Below are positions 1-12,710 of a DNA stretch of 64,000 nt, piece by piece. Positions within the stretch are counted from its first letter, which is position 1. Every line of letters starts with the position of its first letter. The DNA is from Hydrolagus colliei. Its lineage: Eukaryota. The stretch covers positions 39,432,001 to 39,496,000 of the forward strand of contig CM068746.1 of NCBI GenBank assembly GCA_035084275.1, given 5' to 3'. The position numbers and the translations under genes are program-made. Below the pieces are notes generated by a model. That model was not told the DNA's origin and did no database searches. It saw only the letters and a program-made list of their open reading frames with translations.

Positions 1-811
1 CAGGCACCACATCCACCCACAAATATACAGCCGCTCCACTTCACTCATCTTACCACTCAATGCATGATATGGAAGAACAGTCTTCAAAGAACGCAGCAAC
101 ATCTTGGCAAAGCACATCTGAGCATCAAGACAATAAATACCAGTCCTCACAAGACCCATAGTGTTGGACGAAATAGCAGTTTGCCTCAAGCTATTTTCTG
201 ATTTGAACATGTTTGTAAGCATTAATTCATTCAGCTCAGTAGCTTTGGAGAGAGAACGAGAGCTGATGTGTGCGAAAGCAGCCGATTCTTTTGCAGGAAA
301 TTTCCCTTGACTTTGGATCCTCAAGACTGTACCTGGATAACAGTAGAAGCCTTGGTGCAATCAATCACAAGGCAGTCATTTCATCTCGTCATTCAAGTGA
401 TGCCAAGTTTTGTGAAAGTGAAGGTTGAATGGTTTGCAATTGTGATCCGAGCAGAAAGATTAGCTTACACTCTGTGGTATCAGGTTGTGTGTCTTTTCTT
501 TTGTCTCAATATTATGGGGAATAGAGTCTTTTTTTTGTTCAGTCAGTTTTTGTGCTGACAGCTGGTATCAATGCGGAAGCCGATGGCCCAATCCTTGATT
601 AATGGCAGTCCACACATGAGAGCATTAAAGAGGAGCATAAGTGTTGAACTAAGGATTTGTATGGGAAGTGCTTACCTCTGTGTCCCATGTGATTTTAAAG
701 GCAAACAGATGGCTTTATTGATATTCACAGTTGAAAGGCTCTGCCATATAGCTCAGGAAACTATTGTTTTATCCCAGCAATTTACCTTCACAGGTTATAT
801 TGTTGAAATTG

Positions 812-1140
812 TCTAAAACCTGACACTCCAGTGCAGTGCTGGGGGTGTGTTGCATTGTTGGAGGCTGTGATGAGAGGTTAAACCGAGGTCCCTTCTACCT
901 GTTCAACGATCCCATGGCACATTTTGAAAAGAGAAGGTATTATTTTCTCTACCGATATCCTGGGCAACCATCCCTCCAAGAGAATTGGTCACTCACTCTG
1001 TGGCTGTTTGTGGGGCATTGCTGTGCGCAATTGGGTACCGCATTCACCCACAAATATACAGTAAATTCTGTAAAACACCTTGGGACATCCTCCCGACATC
1101 CCCCCCGACCAGAAAAGGCACTCCACCAAAGAATATTATT
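812..1140 (+). mobile_element. Family C (Deu-domain) SINE, 5'-truncated
   Basis: Deu-like core GATGAGAGGTTAAACCGAGGTCCC...GATCCCATGGCAC followed by the shared SINE 3' module and L2-type tail. Confidence 0.8.
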
Positions 1141-1927
1141 AGCATTGTAAACTGATATATATATTTCTTCTTTGAGGCTGAATTGATGTTGAGGTTCAAT
1201 CCAAGACCAGTGCTGATCATCGAATGGTTTGGGAGTATTTTTGGTCAACAACAACTCGCATTTATCCACCCCCTCCGTCATGCAGGGCAGAGCGTTGACA
1301 ATGGCGGATTATGACACAGAGCCAGGGCATGGGGCAGTGACTGTTGGCACAGTCTAAGAGGAAGACGACCTGAAGATGAGGAAGAATCATCGCTCCTTTG
1401 CTCAGAGCGATATCCTTCACTCTCAGCAGCACAAACACAGCGTTAAATTTGGAACGAGCAATATAAATATCAGTAGGTAGATTGTATTGTATTGTATCTC
1501 TCTCTGACATGAATAGCTCTGTTTAATGACAGTGATACCTTCAATGCACAGTTATTGAGTAAATTCCAAACTGATTAACAGAAGATTGGATGTGAAGCCC
1601 ATGTTATATTCCCCGAGCTCTCTGTGTGTTTTCATAACTCTGATGGGTGATCAACCGTGTTAAAGACCACAAGACAGATTGTATCAGGTATGTGACTAAG
1701 AGAGGTTGAATGTGCATTAGTTGTGTCTGTCCACAAATCATTGCCTGGAGCACTCGCTCCTCCATTGGTTGAAGATCCCATTAAAATGCCAAAACATTAT
1801 CTCTAAATCAAGAGTAAAATTGCTTTACAGCAAAGAATAGCAGAACTGAGCTTTATGATGTCCGGAGCTATCTATAAACAGGCATGCACGTGATTTATAG
1901 TCTAACAGATCATATTTTTTCAGGTAT

Positions 1928-2500
1928 GTGTCAGCCTGACTGGCTCAGTCGTTAACACGTTCGCCTCTGAGTCGATAACTTGGGGGTTCAAAATACACAT
2001 TGGGATTTGGAATCCATGTGGTCTATACTGACTCTCCAGTGCAGTGCTGTTTGTGTGTGTGTGTATGTGTGTGTGCTGTATTGATATCTCAGTTAAGCCA
2101 AACTGAGGTCCCATCTGTGCCTGTTCAGGGCAACATTAAAGATCCCATTACCAAAAAAGAATGGAGTTTCTCTCTCTCCCGGTTTTCTGGCCAACAATCC
2201 CCCAAATAAAATTGGTCGTTCACTCCAATTTGGTCTTTGTGGGACGTTGCTGTGTGCAAAAAAATTGCCGTCATATTTGTCTATTGAATGCCCAGTCACT
2301 ATACTTTACAGTTTATCCAATGAAGTGCTTTGAGGCATCCTCTTATAATAATATAATAATCCTTTGATATAGTGCTTTTCATGTCTTCTGAAGCACTTCA
2401 CAGAATATAATGTAAAGTGAATTGACTGTATATTTTTCAACAAATATACCCTTGATATGAAAGGTGCCATATCAAACACTAGGATTATTGTTTTATTATT
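1928..2500 (+). mobile_element. Near full-length family C SINE with a nested antisense SINE tail (~2348-2447)
   Basis: Head GTGTCAGCCTGACTGGCTCAG..GGGTTCAAA (A/B-box-like), Deu core, internal (TG)n; tail is split by an inverted tail fragment. Confidence 0.85.
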
Positions 2501-2564
2501 GTTACGAAGGGTACAATTGGATCTACCCAAGTCTAGAGTTATGCTTTGTTGCCACAATGCTTTT

Positions 2565-2815
2565 TTGCCATCCTTCAGATGAGATATTAAGTCTTACTGT
2601 ACTTCAGGTGGATGTTAAATGTCCCAAGGTGCCATCAGAACGGTGAAGGGAGCTTCTCCCAGTAAACTGGCCAGCAGTTTAATTCATCATTTGCCTCACA
2701 GCTATTTGTGGGACCTTGCTGTCTCATTTGCTTACAAAAGCAATCAATACACTTGGTACTGATCACCTGTGAAGTGCTTTCAGATGCTTTGACGTGATAA
2801 GGCACCATAGAAATG
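2565..2815 (+). mobile_element. Family C SINE fragment
   Basis: GCCATCCTTCAGATGAGATATTAA...CAGGTGGATGTTAAA plus tail. Confidence 0.7.
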
Positions 2816-3409
2816 TACGCGCTTTCTTTCTGCGTTTGCATTAATGTGCTTCGTAAGTACTGATGTTGGACTTTGATATTGATTGGGGTTACCTTGCGTT
2901 TGATGGCAACTCCCATAGGGACTGGTGTTGTCAACTGCACTGTGGCGCAAGCAAAGGAACATCTACAAAGCTGAGATGACACGGCAGTCTATGAAGAGTG
3001 CACCTCTGGGTCTCATCAAATTCCCTCAACGTAAAACCATCTTGAAGCATGAATGACAAATGAACAAACCATGACACATTTTGGCAACGGATCGCCACTG
3101 AACAGAATAATCATAAGAATTTGCAATGGAAGGGGCAAGTCCTTGTTTGTGTAGTAGGTTGGGGACACCCCACCCCTCCCATCCTCTCATACCCTCCTCC
3201 CCCAGTCACCATTCTGCAATTAAAAAATCTCTCAAAGTTTTTAACTGCCCAACGAAAAAGAACCAGACACACACAAACACATCTGTAAACTGTTTTCCCA
3301 CTGTTCTGAAAGAGAAACAGCAGTGTCTCACAAACAGTCATGGATTGAGTGACACCAATTTTTGAAAAAAAATTATTTGAATGGATTATTACCCCCAGAA
3401 ATAAGTCTT

Positions 3410-3500
3410 TATCGTAGAATCATTCAGCAGAAAAGGAGGCCATTCGACCCATCGAGTCTGTGCCAGCTCTTTGAAAAGCGCTATTCAATCCCATTCCCCC
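3410..3500 (-). mobile_element. CR1 LINE 3' UTR fragment
   Basis: GGAGGCCATTCGACCCATCGAGTCTGTGCCAGCTC matches the CR1 ends at 4918 and 18604. Confidence 0.75.
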
Positions 3501-4019
3501 AGATCTCTCCCCATTATCATGCAAACCCGTCCTCCCCCCCAAAAAACATATGTAGAGAGAAACATCAGGAAAATGTTATATCGGAAGAGGTTAGAACGTT
3601 AATGGGAATCCTGCAATTGGAAACAAAACAAGCACTTCAATGAACACTTTGTTAAATATGAGTCCTGTAGAGAAAAGGCCTCCAAACCTTACACCAGGGC
3701 AAAGAAAACAAACCTGGTATGGTATAGGCTGACTGTTCTTTTTGTGATAGTTGTTGTGCAAACTAACGAACAAAAAGATTCATCAAATCCAAATCGCCCA
3801 TCTGCTCTTATCCAAACATATTCCTAATTGCACTGCAGCACAGGTTAAATGCGATCTTGCCCATTCCCTTATCTTGCTGTTACCATCTGCTGTGCGAAGA
3901 TTGTGCCAAATGCTTCGCTTATCCATCCCTCCATTCTCCCCTCCTTTCCCATTCCCACTCACAATCACACTCCTCCCCTGGCCTGTTTTCAATAATAAGT
4001 TATCTTGAACACTCTCCTG

Positions 4020-4342
4020 AGCGAAATGTTAGGAGAGTTTCCTTACTCCACACACACACACACACACAAAGCCCTCTGTTTACAGTAAGTAGGAACCTGG
4101 TGCTTATTGATTGGTGCATTGCTTTGCCAGGGGGAATAATCCCTTCAAAAATTAAAAAAATTAAAAACAATAAAAATTTGCTCATTCAATCTACAATCTT
4201 TGTGGGACATTGCTGTGCGCAATTGGCTCTCGTGTTTCGCTCACAACCTATAAAGCCCATCCACTTTATAGTATATCCTGTGAAGCACTTTGAGACATCT
4301 CCGATAAGGTGCTATTTCAAGTGCAAAGATTACTATTATTAA
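4020..4342 (+). mobile_element. Family A SINE, 5'-truncated, with internal (CA)n
   Basis: GTTTCCTTACTCCACAC...CTCTGTTTACAGTAAGTAGGAACC plus shared tail. Confidence 0.8.
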
Positions 4343-4654
4343 TATCTTGTGCCCTCAAGCCTACCTCAGAAAAAGCACAAAAAAATGTGAAGTCTTGTAT
4401 TGCAGTGACAGCAGGCGGCTAACCCACTCAAAGTGTGGGTCACATATATACGAAGATATATTGACTCCCCAGCCGGAGGCACTGCATATTTTGGACTCTC
4501 ATATTTCTGCTCAACTTTACTTAATCGTTCCTGAATAATTGCATATGAAAGATAAAACTAGCTGCCTTGGGTCCCCTAGCACAGCTAAAGAGACAGGATA
4601 TTTAATTATAACCTGACCTGTCTATTTTTTTTTACCCCCCCCTTCCCCTCCCCA

Positions 4655-5205
4655 CCATTTGTAGGTGAACACGGCAGCCCAATTTGTTCATAGCAATATC
4701 CCGCAAGCAGCCATGACGAGAATAATGAATTGTGTGCGGGGGGATTATATGAATAGTGTCACGGGAGTTGTGCCAAGGGATCTTGAACGTCCACCTGAAA
4801 AACAACAACAACTTACATTAATATACCGCCTCTCAAGCAAGCTCGAGTCCCAGGGCGCTGTGGCAAAAGAGACCTTGGTTTAGTGTTTCATCCGAAGGAC
4901 AGCACCTCTGACAACGCTTTTAAAAGAGAATTAGATCTTTATTTAGGGAAAACAAGTCTGTTAGGTTATGGGGAGAGAGTTGGGCAGTGGGATAGAGTTG
5001 TTCTTTTCAAAGAGCCGGCACAGACTCAATGGGCTGAATGGCCTCTTTTTGTGCCGTAAAATTATATGATTCTATGAACGCAGTACACCCCCAGTACTAC
5101 ATCGGAGCGTCAGCTTAGACTATGTGAGGTCAGGTCCTATGTCGGCACTTGAACCCACAACCTTCCAACGCAGAGACGAACTCCCAACTAAGTTAGGCTG
5201 ACACA
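4655..5205 (-). mobile_element. Family C SINE interrupted by a CR1 fragment
   Basis: Reverse Deu core (TCATCCGAAGGACAGCACC) and head ending GGCTGACAC at ~5205. Confidence 0.8.
4918..5076 (+). mobile_element. 5'-truncated CR1 LINE 3' end, TSD AACGC
   Basis: Encodes FKRELDL-like ORF2 end, CR1 terminal hairpin GGGCTGAATGGCCT and ATTCTATG octamer; AACGC at 4913-4917 and 5077-5081. Confidence 0.85.
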
Positions 5206-5637
5206 CATATTATTCTCGCTGATGTTGCTTAAAAGTTAATTCGCTGCCAGATTGAACGATTCGGCTGGTGTAAGAAATCGAGCCAACATGTTCCTACTTG
5301 GCAAATCTCACTGGGACAGAAATCAAAAACTGCCTTTTAAAACTCTTTTTTTTATTAAGTGAAAATCTCCAACACTCCCAAGCACTACTGTTCCAATGCT
5401 GGCACCTGCAGAGCAAGCAGATGGGTGCAATCACGCTGCTTGATCCTGGAGTTGGAGAAATCAGTAACGTTACTTAAAGCAACTAAGATCCCGGGAAAAT
5501 CCCTTGGGAGGTGAGGATCTAAGCATTGGCCACATACGTCTGTCACGCTGGGGTACCCTGGACTAACCATAGAGGAGGTACCACAGATATCAATTGGGAT
5601 ATTGAGATGGTCAATGATTAATAATATTAATCAAATA

Positions 5638-6059
5638 AATAATCCTTACAGTTGGTATGGCCACCTTCACATCAGGATGATATGTCCAAGCTCTTTACAA
5701 GGTTTCCTTCGTAGCGTAATGACACCATGAAACGTATTTTTGGTGCGGGCCTCAAAGGGTTCACAGAATATATTGCAAAGTGGAGTTGACTGTGTGTTGT
5801 GGAAGCGAAACCCAGCGGCTAATTAAGCACAGTAGTGACCCAGAAATAGTCGTGAAATGTGTGAACACATTTATTTTAGAGAGGTTATTACCCCAGGAAA
5901 GCGATCCACCAATTGACTTATAACTAAGCTCCTACTTACTTCTAGGTAAACAAAGGCATGTGAAGGTAAGCAAACTTGCCTGAAGTTTCACCCAGCCGGG
6001 AATCGAACCAAGGTCCACTCACTTGCGAAGCGAATGAAATAACCACTAGACTACAGGAC
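5638..6059 (-). mobile_element. Family A SINE
   Basis: Reverse tRNA head (GGGAATCGAACC...AACCACTAGACTACAGGAC), central domain and tail. Confidence 0.8.
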
Positions 6060-6604
6060 GTTTATTTGGGGGACTCCTTGACTCCCGCATCTCATTCAAA
6101 GTCTGAATCAAGCCTTTGACTGAGCCTTCGGTTGTGTTTCCCCCTCTCCATCCCCCCCCCCCCTCAACCCCGTTCCCACCCCCAGCTTCTGTGCAGTGTC
6201 AAGGGCTTTGAGACCTTCTCTTGTGGAAGGTGCTACATAAATGTAAATTGTATTGTGTTGTATGTAATTCCATGTAAATATCTAATCCCTGGACCAAAAA
6301 GGTTACAACTAAATGACTGACCTTTAAGGCATATACTGTATAATACTTTGCAGTGGTATGTATGTAGCAAACAGGGCTCAAGGACAATAATAAAGGCTGA
6401 AATGATGGAAAAGGCCTGTCAGACTCACTCCTTCATCAGACCACACATGATTGGCGTCTATTGTGAGATCCATTCCACCCACTTAATCTCCAGGAGAAAG
6501 CTCTGAACAGACAGGTCGAAGGAATTCAAGCAAAAACCTGAAAATTGCTCAACCGTTCGTGTATTGGCACAATACAGTCTGTCGGTTCTCTCCCTGAAGA
6601 CAGG

Positions 6605-6920
6605 ATCATAATCCTTGCATTTGGGTACTGCTGCTTATCTTGTCTTCGAGGCATTTCAAAGCACTTTTGCAGCGGACACTACAAAGTGTAGTGACCGTGT
6701 ATCTCGCAGGCAAAAGCCGCAGCCAATTTACGTACAGCAATATTCCTACAAACGACCACGGAGTGAGCGGCCAATTTTTTTTTGAATGATTGTTGACCAG
6801 GAAACTGGGAAAAACTCCCTTCCCTTTTCAAAGGAACTCCCTTCTGTTTAACATGCACCTGAGTAGGAACATGAAGCTTGGTTTAGCATCTCATCTTATC
6901 GATGGCACGTTGAGCTATGC
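6605..6920 (-). mobile_element. Family C SINE, degenerate
   Basis: Reverse tail ATAATCCTTGCATTTG plus Deu-like segment. Confidence 0.65.
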
Positions 6921-7029
6921 ATTACTGTATTGGCTGTCAGCCAAGATTATGTGAGCACCCACAATCATTCCGACTCAGAGCCGGGCTTAGATACTGTCCT
7001 CCACACAGGATAATATCGCACAATAGTTT

Positions 7030-7430
7030 AAAAAGACAAGAAGCAAGGGGTAGGTGAGGAAGGTGAGTGATGGTGGCACAGAGAGGCCAGGGGAGGTGGG
7101 GGTTGAGGGTGGATGGGGGGGTGGGTTGGGTGGCAGAGTTTGCTGAGTGGAGTGGTGGAGCATAATACAATGGAGGACCTCAAAGCAGAGTCATGGGAAG
7201 GTGATTGTACCCAAGGTCTAAGAAGAAGATGGGGGAAGGAAGGAGCAAGGAGGAGGGATAGAGTGAGAACGTTCAAGAGTTTTGGGGCATAGTTGCTGAA
7301 AGTGCGACTGCCAATGGTGGACGGAAGGCACGAGGGACAAGCAGATGAGGATGAGGACTTTGAATTCCATCTGCTGCAAGAGAGACAGTGGAGCCTGGTG
7401 AGGACTGAAATGATGAGTGTGCAGATTTTG
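7030..7430 (-). mobile_element. Old L2 LINE 3' fragment
   Basis: Degenerate match to the L2 ORF2 C-terminus and C-rich 3' UTR seen intact at 9050-9558. Confidence 0.65.
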
Positions 7431-8044
7431 CTGTGGATTACGCTAAATAATTTAGCATAGCTTGATTCAAGATGTTAAATAACATAATTGGTCTTCATGT
7501 AATTAGTTGGCCATTTTCCCAGTTCGGTTTCATAATATATACGGCAGACTTTAATCTTCCCCCTATCCTTCTGGGATCATTTTGACAATTTGTTCAATGA
7601 ATTCCTTTTTCCCACCCTTAGCCCCACATTTGTGGTATAATTCAATGAGAGAATGGCATTACTTCCAGAGAACATTGCCAACCTTTCATTATGCCTCCCT
7701 CTCTCTGGCTCTCTCTCGCACCCGCTGACATTACAGATGCTGTCACTTTCAATCAATCACGTAGCGATGGAAATTGTGATGGGGCCAAATTTGCGACTTT
7801 TTGTGTTTCTTGTGGGTAATTGGTTAGAAAACACAGAAAATCTCACCCCAAAATTTCTTAACAGATTCAACACGTTACTGTATTTAGTATATCAAAAATC
7901 TCTTAAGAAAGCCAACAACTTTCACCCCATATAATAATAATCTTTGCATTTTATGTAGCACCTTTTCACGCAATTCATCTCAATTTGCCTCACAGAATAT
8001 AATGTCCAATAATGCCCAAGTCTCTAACTAACGCAATCCTAACA

Positions 8045-8410
8045 ATAATAATCATTGTATTTTACATTGCGCCTTACCACATGATTGGGATGTCCTCCCG
8101 ACGTGAAAGGCGCTCTATAAATGTAAATTGTTGTTGTTGTTGTTGTTGTTGAAGCGTCTCAAAGCTCTTCACAGGATTTTACTGTAAAGTGTAGTGACTG
8201 TGTACTTTAATTGAACGTCGCCACCAATTGGCTTGCAGCCAGTCCCCATAAAAAACCATGAAGTGAATGACCAATGTTATTTGTGGGATTGCTGGCCAGG
8301 AATAGTGTCATGGGTTCTTTAACATCCACCTTAATGAGTAGGCCATTTTAACGTCTCTATTAATGCAGTGCATCCTCAGAATTGCACAGCAAATGTCAGC
8401 CTAGACTGTG
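8045..8410 (-). mobile_element. Family C SINE with a nested sense L2 tail (8085-8151)
   Basis: SINE tail split by TTGGGATGTCCTCCCGACGTGAAAGGCGC...(TTG)n. Confidence 0.8.
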
Positions 8411-8931
8411 CAGACATATAATTTACTCAGATTGTGGCATGTAAAGTACTGTAGATTTATTGGCAAACATCCCTCAGAGTAACTAGATGATGGACTCTTT
8501 GTATAAATGAATTTGTAGCTATGAGATATCCATCCAGGGGTAAGTACAAGGTAGTAATCTCAACCATGTAAACTCGGAGATAAGATTACATTTAAATCAT
8601 TCCAAAGCATCTATTATTTTCCTGAGTTCCACAAATGAGACAGACACAAAGTGCTTTGTCTTGCTAATTAATGCCCTATGAAATTCATGCCAATGGGATG
8701 TTGTGACATTGCCTGCGCACATCAGTTTCTAACTAATAAGAATAATTCCCGCATTTGATACAGAGCCTCTCACATCATCGAGATGTCTCGGAGTATTTAA
8801 TAGGGTTCACTGTGAAGTGGAGTGACTGTATATGTTTGTGGTTAAATGCGGCAGCCAACTTTCACACAGAAATGTTCCGCAAACAGCCATGAAGTTCATG
8901 ACCTATTTTATTTGAGGCTTTGTTAATACTG

Positions 8932-9760
8932 CAATAATAATCCTCACATTTTATGTAGAGCCTTAAGATATCTGAGACGCCGTCCGGCATGGAGAGCGCT
9001 ATATAAATCAAAGTTTTTGTTGTTGCTGCTGTTATTATATCTTCTAGACAACAACAACAACAACAATTTACATTTATATAGCGCCTTTCACGTCGGGAGG
9101 ATGTCCCAAGGCGCTAAACAAGATGCGTGTGACCCGAGCTGGGAGGGGAGTGTTTGGGAAGGGGTGAAACACGAAGGGGAGGTAAAAGAGTTCGGGGTGG
9201 AACAAAAGGCACGATCGAAGAGGAAAGTCTTCAAACCGGCCTTGAAAGAGGAAAGGGAAGAGGCGAAACGGAGGGATTGAGGGATGGTATTCCATAAGGT
9301 GGGAGCGGAGAAACTGAAGGCCCGGCCTCCGATGGTGGGGCGGTTCGGGCGGGGGGCTTGGAGCAGGCCAAGTCCTGTTGAACGGAGGGTCCGGGTGGGC
9401 GTGTAGGGGGAGAGTAGATCGGTTAGGTAGGATGGGGCAAGGCCGTGTAAGGCCTTGTAGGTGAGGACGAGGATCTTAAATTCGATCCTCTGGAGGATGG
9501 GGAGCCAGTGGAGACGGGCGAGGGTGGGGGTTATGTGGTCACGGAGGCGGGTGCGGGATAGACGTCTCAAAGTGCTTCACAGAATATACTGTGAAGTGAA
9601 TTGACTGTATATTTTGTGGGCAAATCGCGGCAGCCAATTGCGCACGGCCGTGTCCCACAAACAGTTGTGGATTGAGTGACCAAATTATTACCTCAGAAAA
9701 AAAAATTGGTGGCCAGGAAATTGGGAGAAACTAGGAAATTAGAATAATGCCATGAGATAT
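8932..9760 (-). mobile_element. SINE carrying two nested L2 insertions
   Basis: SINE tail resumes at 9559 (TAGACGTCTCAAAGTGCTTCACAG) after an L2 tail at 8971-9033 and an L2 fragment at 9050-9558. Confidence 0.8.
9050..9558 (-). mobile_element. Young L2-clade LINE 3' fragment (ORF2 C-terminus, 3' UTR, (TTG)n tail), TSD TAGAC
   Basis: ORF 9088-9570 reads [40 protein letters not shown]...GGRAFSFSAPTLWN, the hallmark L2 ORF2 C-terminus; CpGs retained; TAGAC at 9045-9049 and 9559-9563. Confidence 0.95.
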
Positions 9761-10038
9761 AACATGAAGACAAGACGTCAGGGAGGATAGGGGAAGGAGG
9801 GTGACCGAAGAGGAGGGTCTTGAGATGGGCCTTGGAGGGAGGGAGGCGAAGAGACACAGGAATTAAATGAGTTAATGTGAAGTGCTTTGAGATGTCCTCC
9901 TGATATGAAAGGCGCTATATCAATTGCAAGGATAATATTTTTATTACTTATTTCACTAGTCCACTGGAAGACCTTATTGTTCTTCTACTGATCTATTGAT
10001 TTCCACCTACAGGATACTTTAACATTTATTTAAAGTGT

Positions 10039-10350
10039 GGAGTCCTGTAGCATATTGGTTAGAGCACTCAACTCGCCAGAGAGTAGACCTGAGTTCGATT
10101 CCAGGTGAAACGTTAGGCAAATTTCCTTACTCTACATGCCTCTGTTTACCTATCAGTAAGTAGGAATACAGTTGTTAGTCCATTAGTGGCTCGCTTATTC
10201 CAAGGGGGATTAATCTCTTCCGAACAATAATTTGATCACTCAATCCACGACTGTTTGTGGGACGCTGCTGTGCGCAAATGGTGGCTGCGTTTCGCCCACA
10301 AATTACACAGTCGATACACTTGATAGTATATTCTGTGAGGCGCTTTGAGT
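10039..10350 (+). mobile_element. Family A SINE with intact tRNA-Ala-like head
   Basis: GGAGTCCTGTAGCATATTGGTTAGAGC...GAGTTCGATTCC, central domain, 3' module. Confidence 0.85.
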
Positions 10351-10696
10351 ACAATCGTCTGTAACCGACCACTCAGATTGTCGAACCCTCTCTGACTCTC
10401 TGCGTCACTGGTATTTACACACAGTGACAAATGCAGAGAGAAGGCAACATTACCGACGCTGAGTGCACGTTCTGCTGAATATTGATAAGACTCCTATCCG
10501 TATTTGAAGCATTTGAACTGGCTTGACTTCATTATTTTATGAATAATTAATAAATCCTGCCAGATTGTGAATGCGCTTTTAAATGCCGTAATATTTTAGA
10601 CTAAAGTAGCACCCTGTCATGAGAAATGTGCAGGGGTGAGACAGAATTCAATTGCTGGTGATAATTGTAATATGTAGTACAGTATTATCATACCGG

Positions 10697-11040
10697 GGAG
10701 TCCCGTAGAGTAGTAATAAGAGAGCTCGCCTTGCAAGCCAGAGGACCCGGGTTTGATTCCTGGGCGGGGAGAAACTTTAGGCAAGTCTCCTTACTCCACA
10801 TCGATTCTGTTTACCTCGTAAGTTAGTTGATTGGCCGATCGCTTCCCTGAAAAAAAATGACCACTTCAATCCGCGACTGTTTGTGGGTCAGTGCTATATA
10901 CTCAATTGGCTGCCAACAAACCAACCAACCAACTCATCAATCAATCCACTTCATTGTATATCCTGTGAAGCACTTTGAGACGGCTCAATGGTGTGATAAA
11001 ACGCTCTGTGTAATGCGAGGAGTTTGATTCTTATTGTTAT
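10697..11040 (+). mobile_element. Family A SINE, full-length, diverged
   Basis: GGAGTCCCGTAG...GGGTTTGATTCC head through tail. Confidence 0.8.
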
Positions 11041-11049
11041 GAATACAGG

Positions 11050-11345
11050 GAAGGTGGCAGAGTCAGGTCTGACTAAACAGTTAAAAACAAAGACCGTGAC
11101 TGTACTGCGATGACCCATGAGTTTGACTCCGAGTCGGGTCGAGAAAGGAGGCGACAGTAGGCACGGTCGAAAAGGGAAAGTCTTCAGGTCTGATCTGAAG
11201 ATAGAGCAAAGGGTGAGGAAGGTCAGAGGACTCCGGAGGAAGGGAGTTCCAGAAAGTCGGGGCATAGTGGCTGAAAGCACGGCCGCCAACGGTATAGTGG
11301 AGGGCTCGAGGGACGCGCAGAAGAGCTGAGCCAGTGTGAATGTCA
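11050..11345 (-). mobile_element. L2 LINE 3' fragment
   Basis: ORF peptide LLRVPRALHYTVGGRAFSHYAPTFWNSLP. Confidence 0.85.
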
Positions 11346-11479
11346 CACGAGAGTGCCACAATATAAAATATGTCGAGAGAAGAACATTTTATTTTATGAC
11401 GGACGGCATTCATTTTTATTCTGTCTGGGAAAAGTAGGTTAATAACATCCCTCCCATTTTTCAAATCCTATTAGGGTGG

Positions 11480-11580
11480 GTTAAAAGGGGAGGTTAGAAA
11501 CAATTTCATCACGCAGAGGGAGGCAGGAGTGTGCAATTCTCCATTAAGGCAGCAAATTCTTTCTAAGGGGAATGGAATCG
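11480..11580 (+). mobile_element. CR1 ORF2 C-terminal fragment
   Basis: Encodes EVRNNFITQREAGVCNS, similar to the CR1 motif VRKNFFTQRVVxxWNS. Confidence 0.55.
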
Positions 11581-12369
11581 TTGCTGGAAAAAGAATAATG
11601 AGAACACTAATTACATTTGATGCAGCACTTTTCACATCAGGAGGACGTCTCAAATCACATCACAGGATATACTGTAAAGTGCAGTAACTGTGTATTTTGT
11701 GGGCAAAACACTGAGTACCAATTGCCCACAACAGTGTCCCACGAGCAGCTGTGTGACTATGTGATGCCACGTTCCAACATGCGGCTTGAACCCGCATGCT
11801 GAGGACCAGGAAGTCAGCCATGGATTCTCGCTCTGTTGCTGAGATACTGAGCAAACCATGTTACGATGAGTGTTTATCCCTGTATTAACAAGAATGTCTG
11901 AGAAAAATGCCGGGATGTAGTCTCTGTGTCAAGTACAGGTGGCGGGGGGAGGCAAGGGTGGTGGGGGCGGGGTGAAGGAGTAGTGTTCATTCAAGCTTCT
12001 TCCAATGCTGCTGATTTATGAGTGCAGCATTTATACCTGCACTGCCAAGAAGCCATGGAGATGGAAATTGAGACCAGACCTGACACAGGTTATTAAATAC
12101 ACTATTATTTGATGGAGGCCTGGGGACTGAGTGCAGTACAGAAAAATCTAGCCCAGAGCACGTGTGAATACATTAAACTGCCAGTGAATAACAAAAGCTT
12201 ATTCTACTGCACGCACTGTACAAGTGGGATTGTTTCATTTCACCCTTTGGTATCCGATTGCCTTCTCTCTCTCCTCTCTTATCTATTGGCAACTCATCCA
12301 AGTGACCAATGTTCACACATGAACCTGGTAATGGAGTCCTGCAGCCTATTGATCAGAGCAAGCGAGGAG

Positions 12370-12710
12370 ACGAGGAGGAGGGTGACCAAAGGCACGTTTG
12401 AAAGTCTTGAAATGCGCCTTAAAGTAGGTGAGGGGGAGGCGAGTGAGATGAAGGGGCTGTAAGATGGAGTTCCAAAGGACGGTAGACACAAGGTTTGAAA
12501 GCTCGACCATCGAGGGTGGAGCGTGCGGGGCGGGCGGTGACGTGGAATAGGCCTGAGCAGAGGGAGCGGGCAGATCTATGCGGAGTTAGTAGGTCACAGA
12601 GCTAAGAAGGAGCAAGGTGGGGGAGGGCTTTGAAAGCAAGGACGAGCATTTTAAACTCGATCCTCTAGGGGGTTGAGGAGGTAGTGGAGCCAGGCGAGGA
12701 TGGGGCCGAT
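12370..12710 (-). mobile_element. Old L2 LINE fragment
   Basis: GGACGAGCATTTTAAACTCGATCCTC = reverse RIEFKMLVL; colinear with 9050-9558. Confidence 0.75.

Noticed and set aside
285-430. Plus-strand exon after TTCTTTTGCAG (EISLDFGSSRLYLDNSRS...)
   Set aside because: No convincing donor and the peptide is not recognised
1300-1460. Coding exon in ORF 1262-1510
   Set aside because: No splice signals; faint resemblance to a very decayed L2 ORF2 segment, too weak to call either way
7088-7132. G-quadruplex motifs (also ~11940, ~52930, ~63515)
   Set aside because: They are low-complexity G-rich tracts, the first derived from an L2 3' UTR; nothing indicates function
8803-8816. miR-128 complementary stretch GGTTCACTGTGA
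   Set aside because: It lies in a mutated SINE tail with no precursor hairpin
10039-10110. tRNA gene
   Set aside because: A/B boxes are present but there is no closing acceptor stem or poly-T terminator, and it continues into the SINE body; the same holds for all other heads
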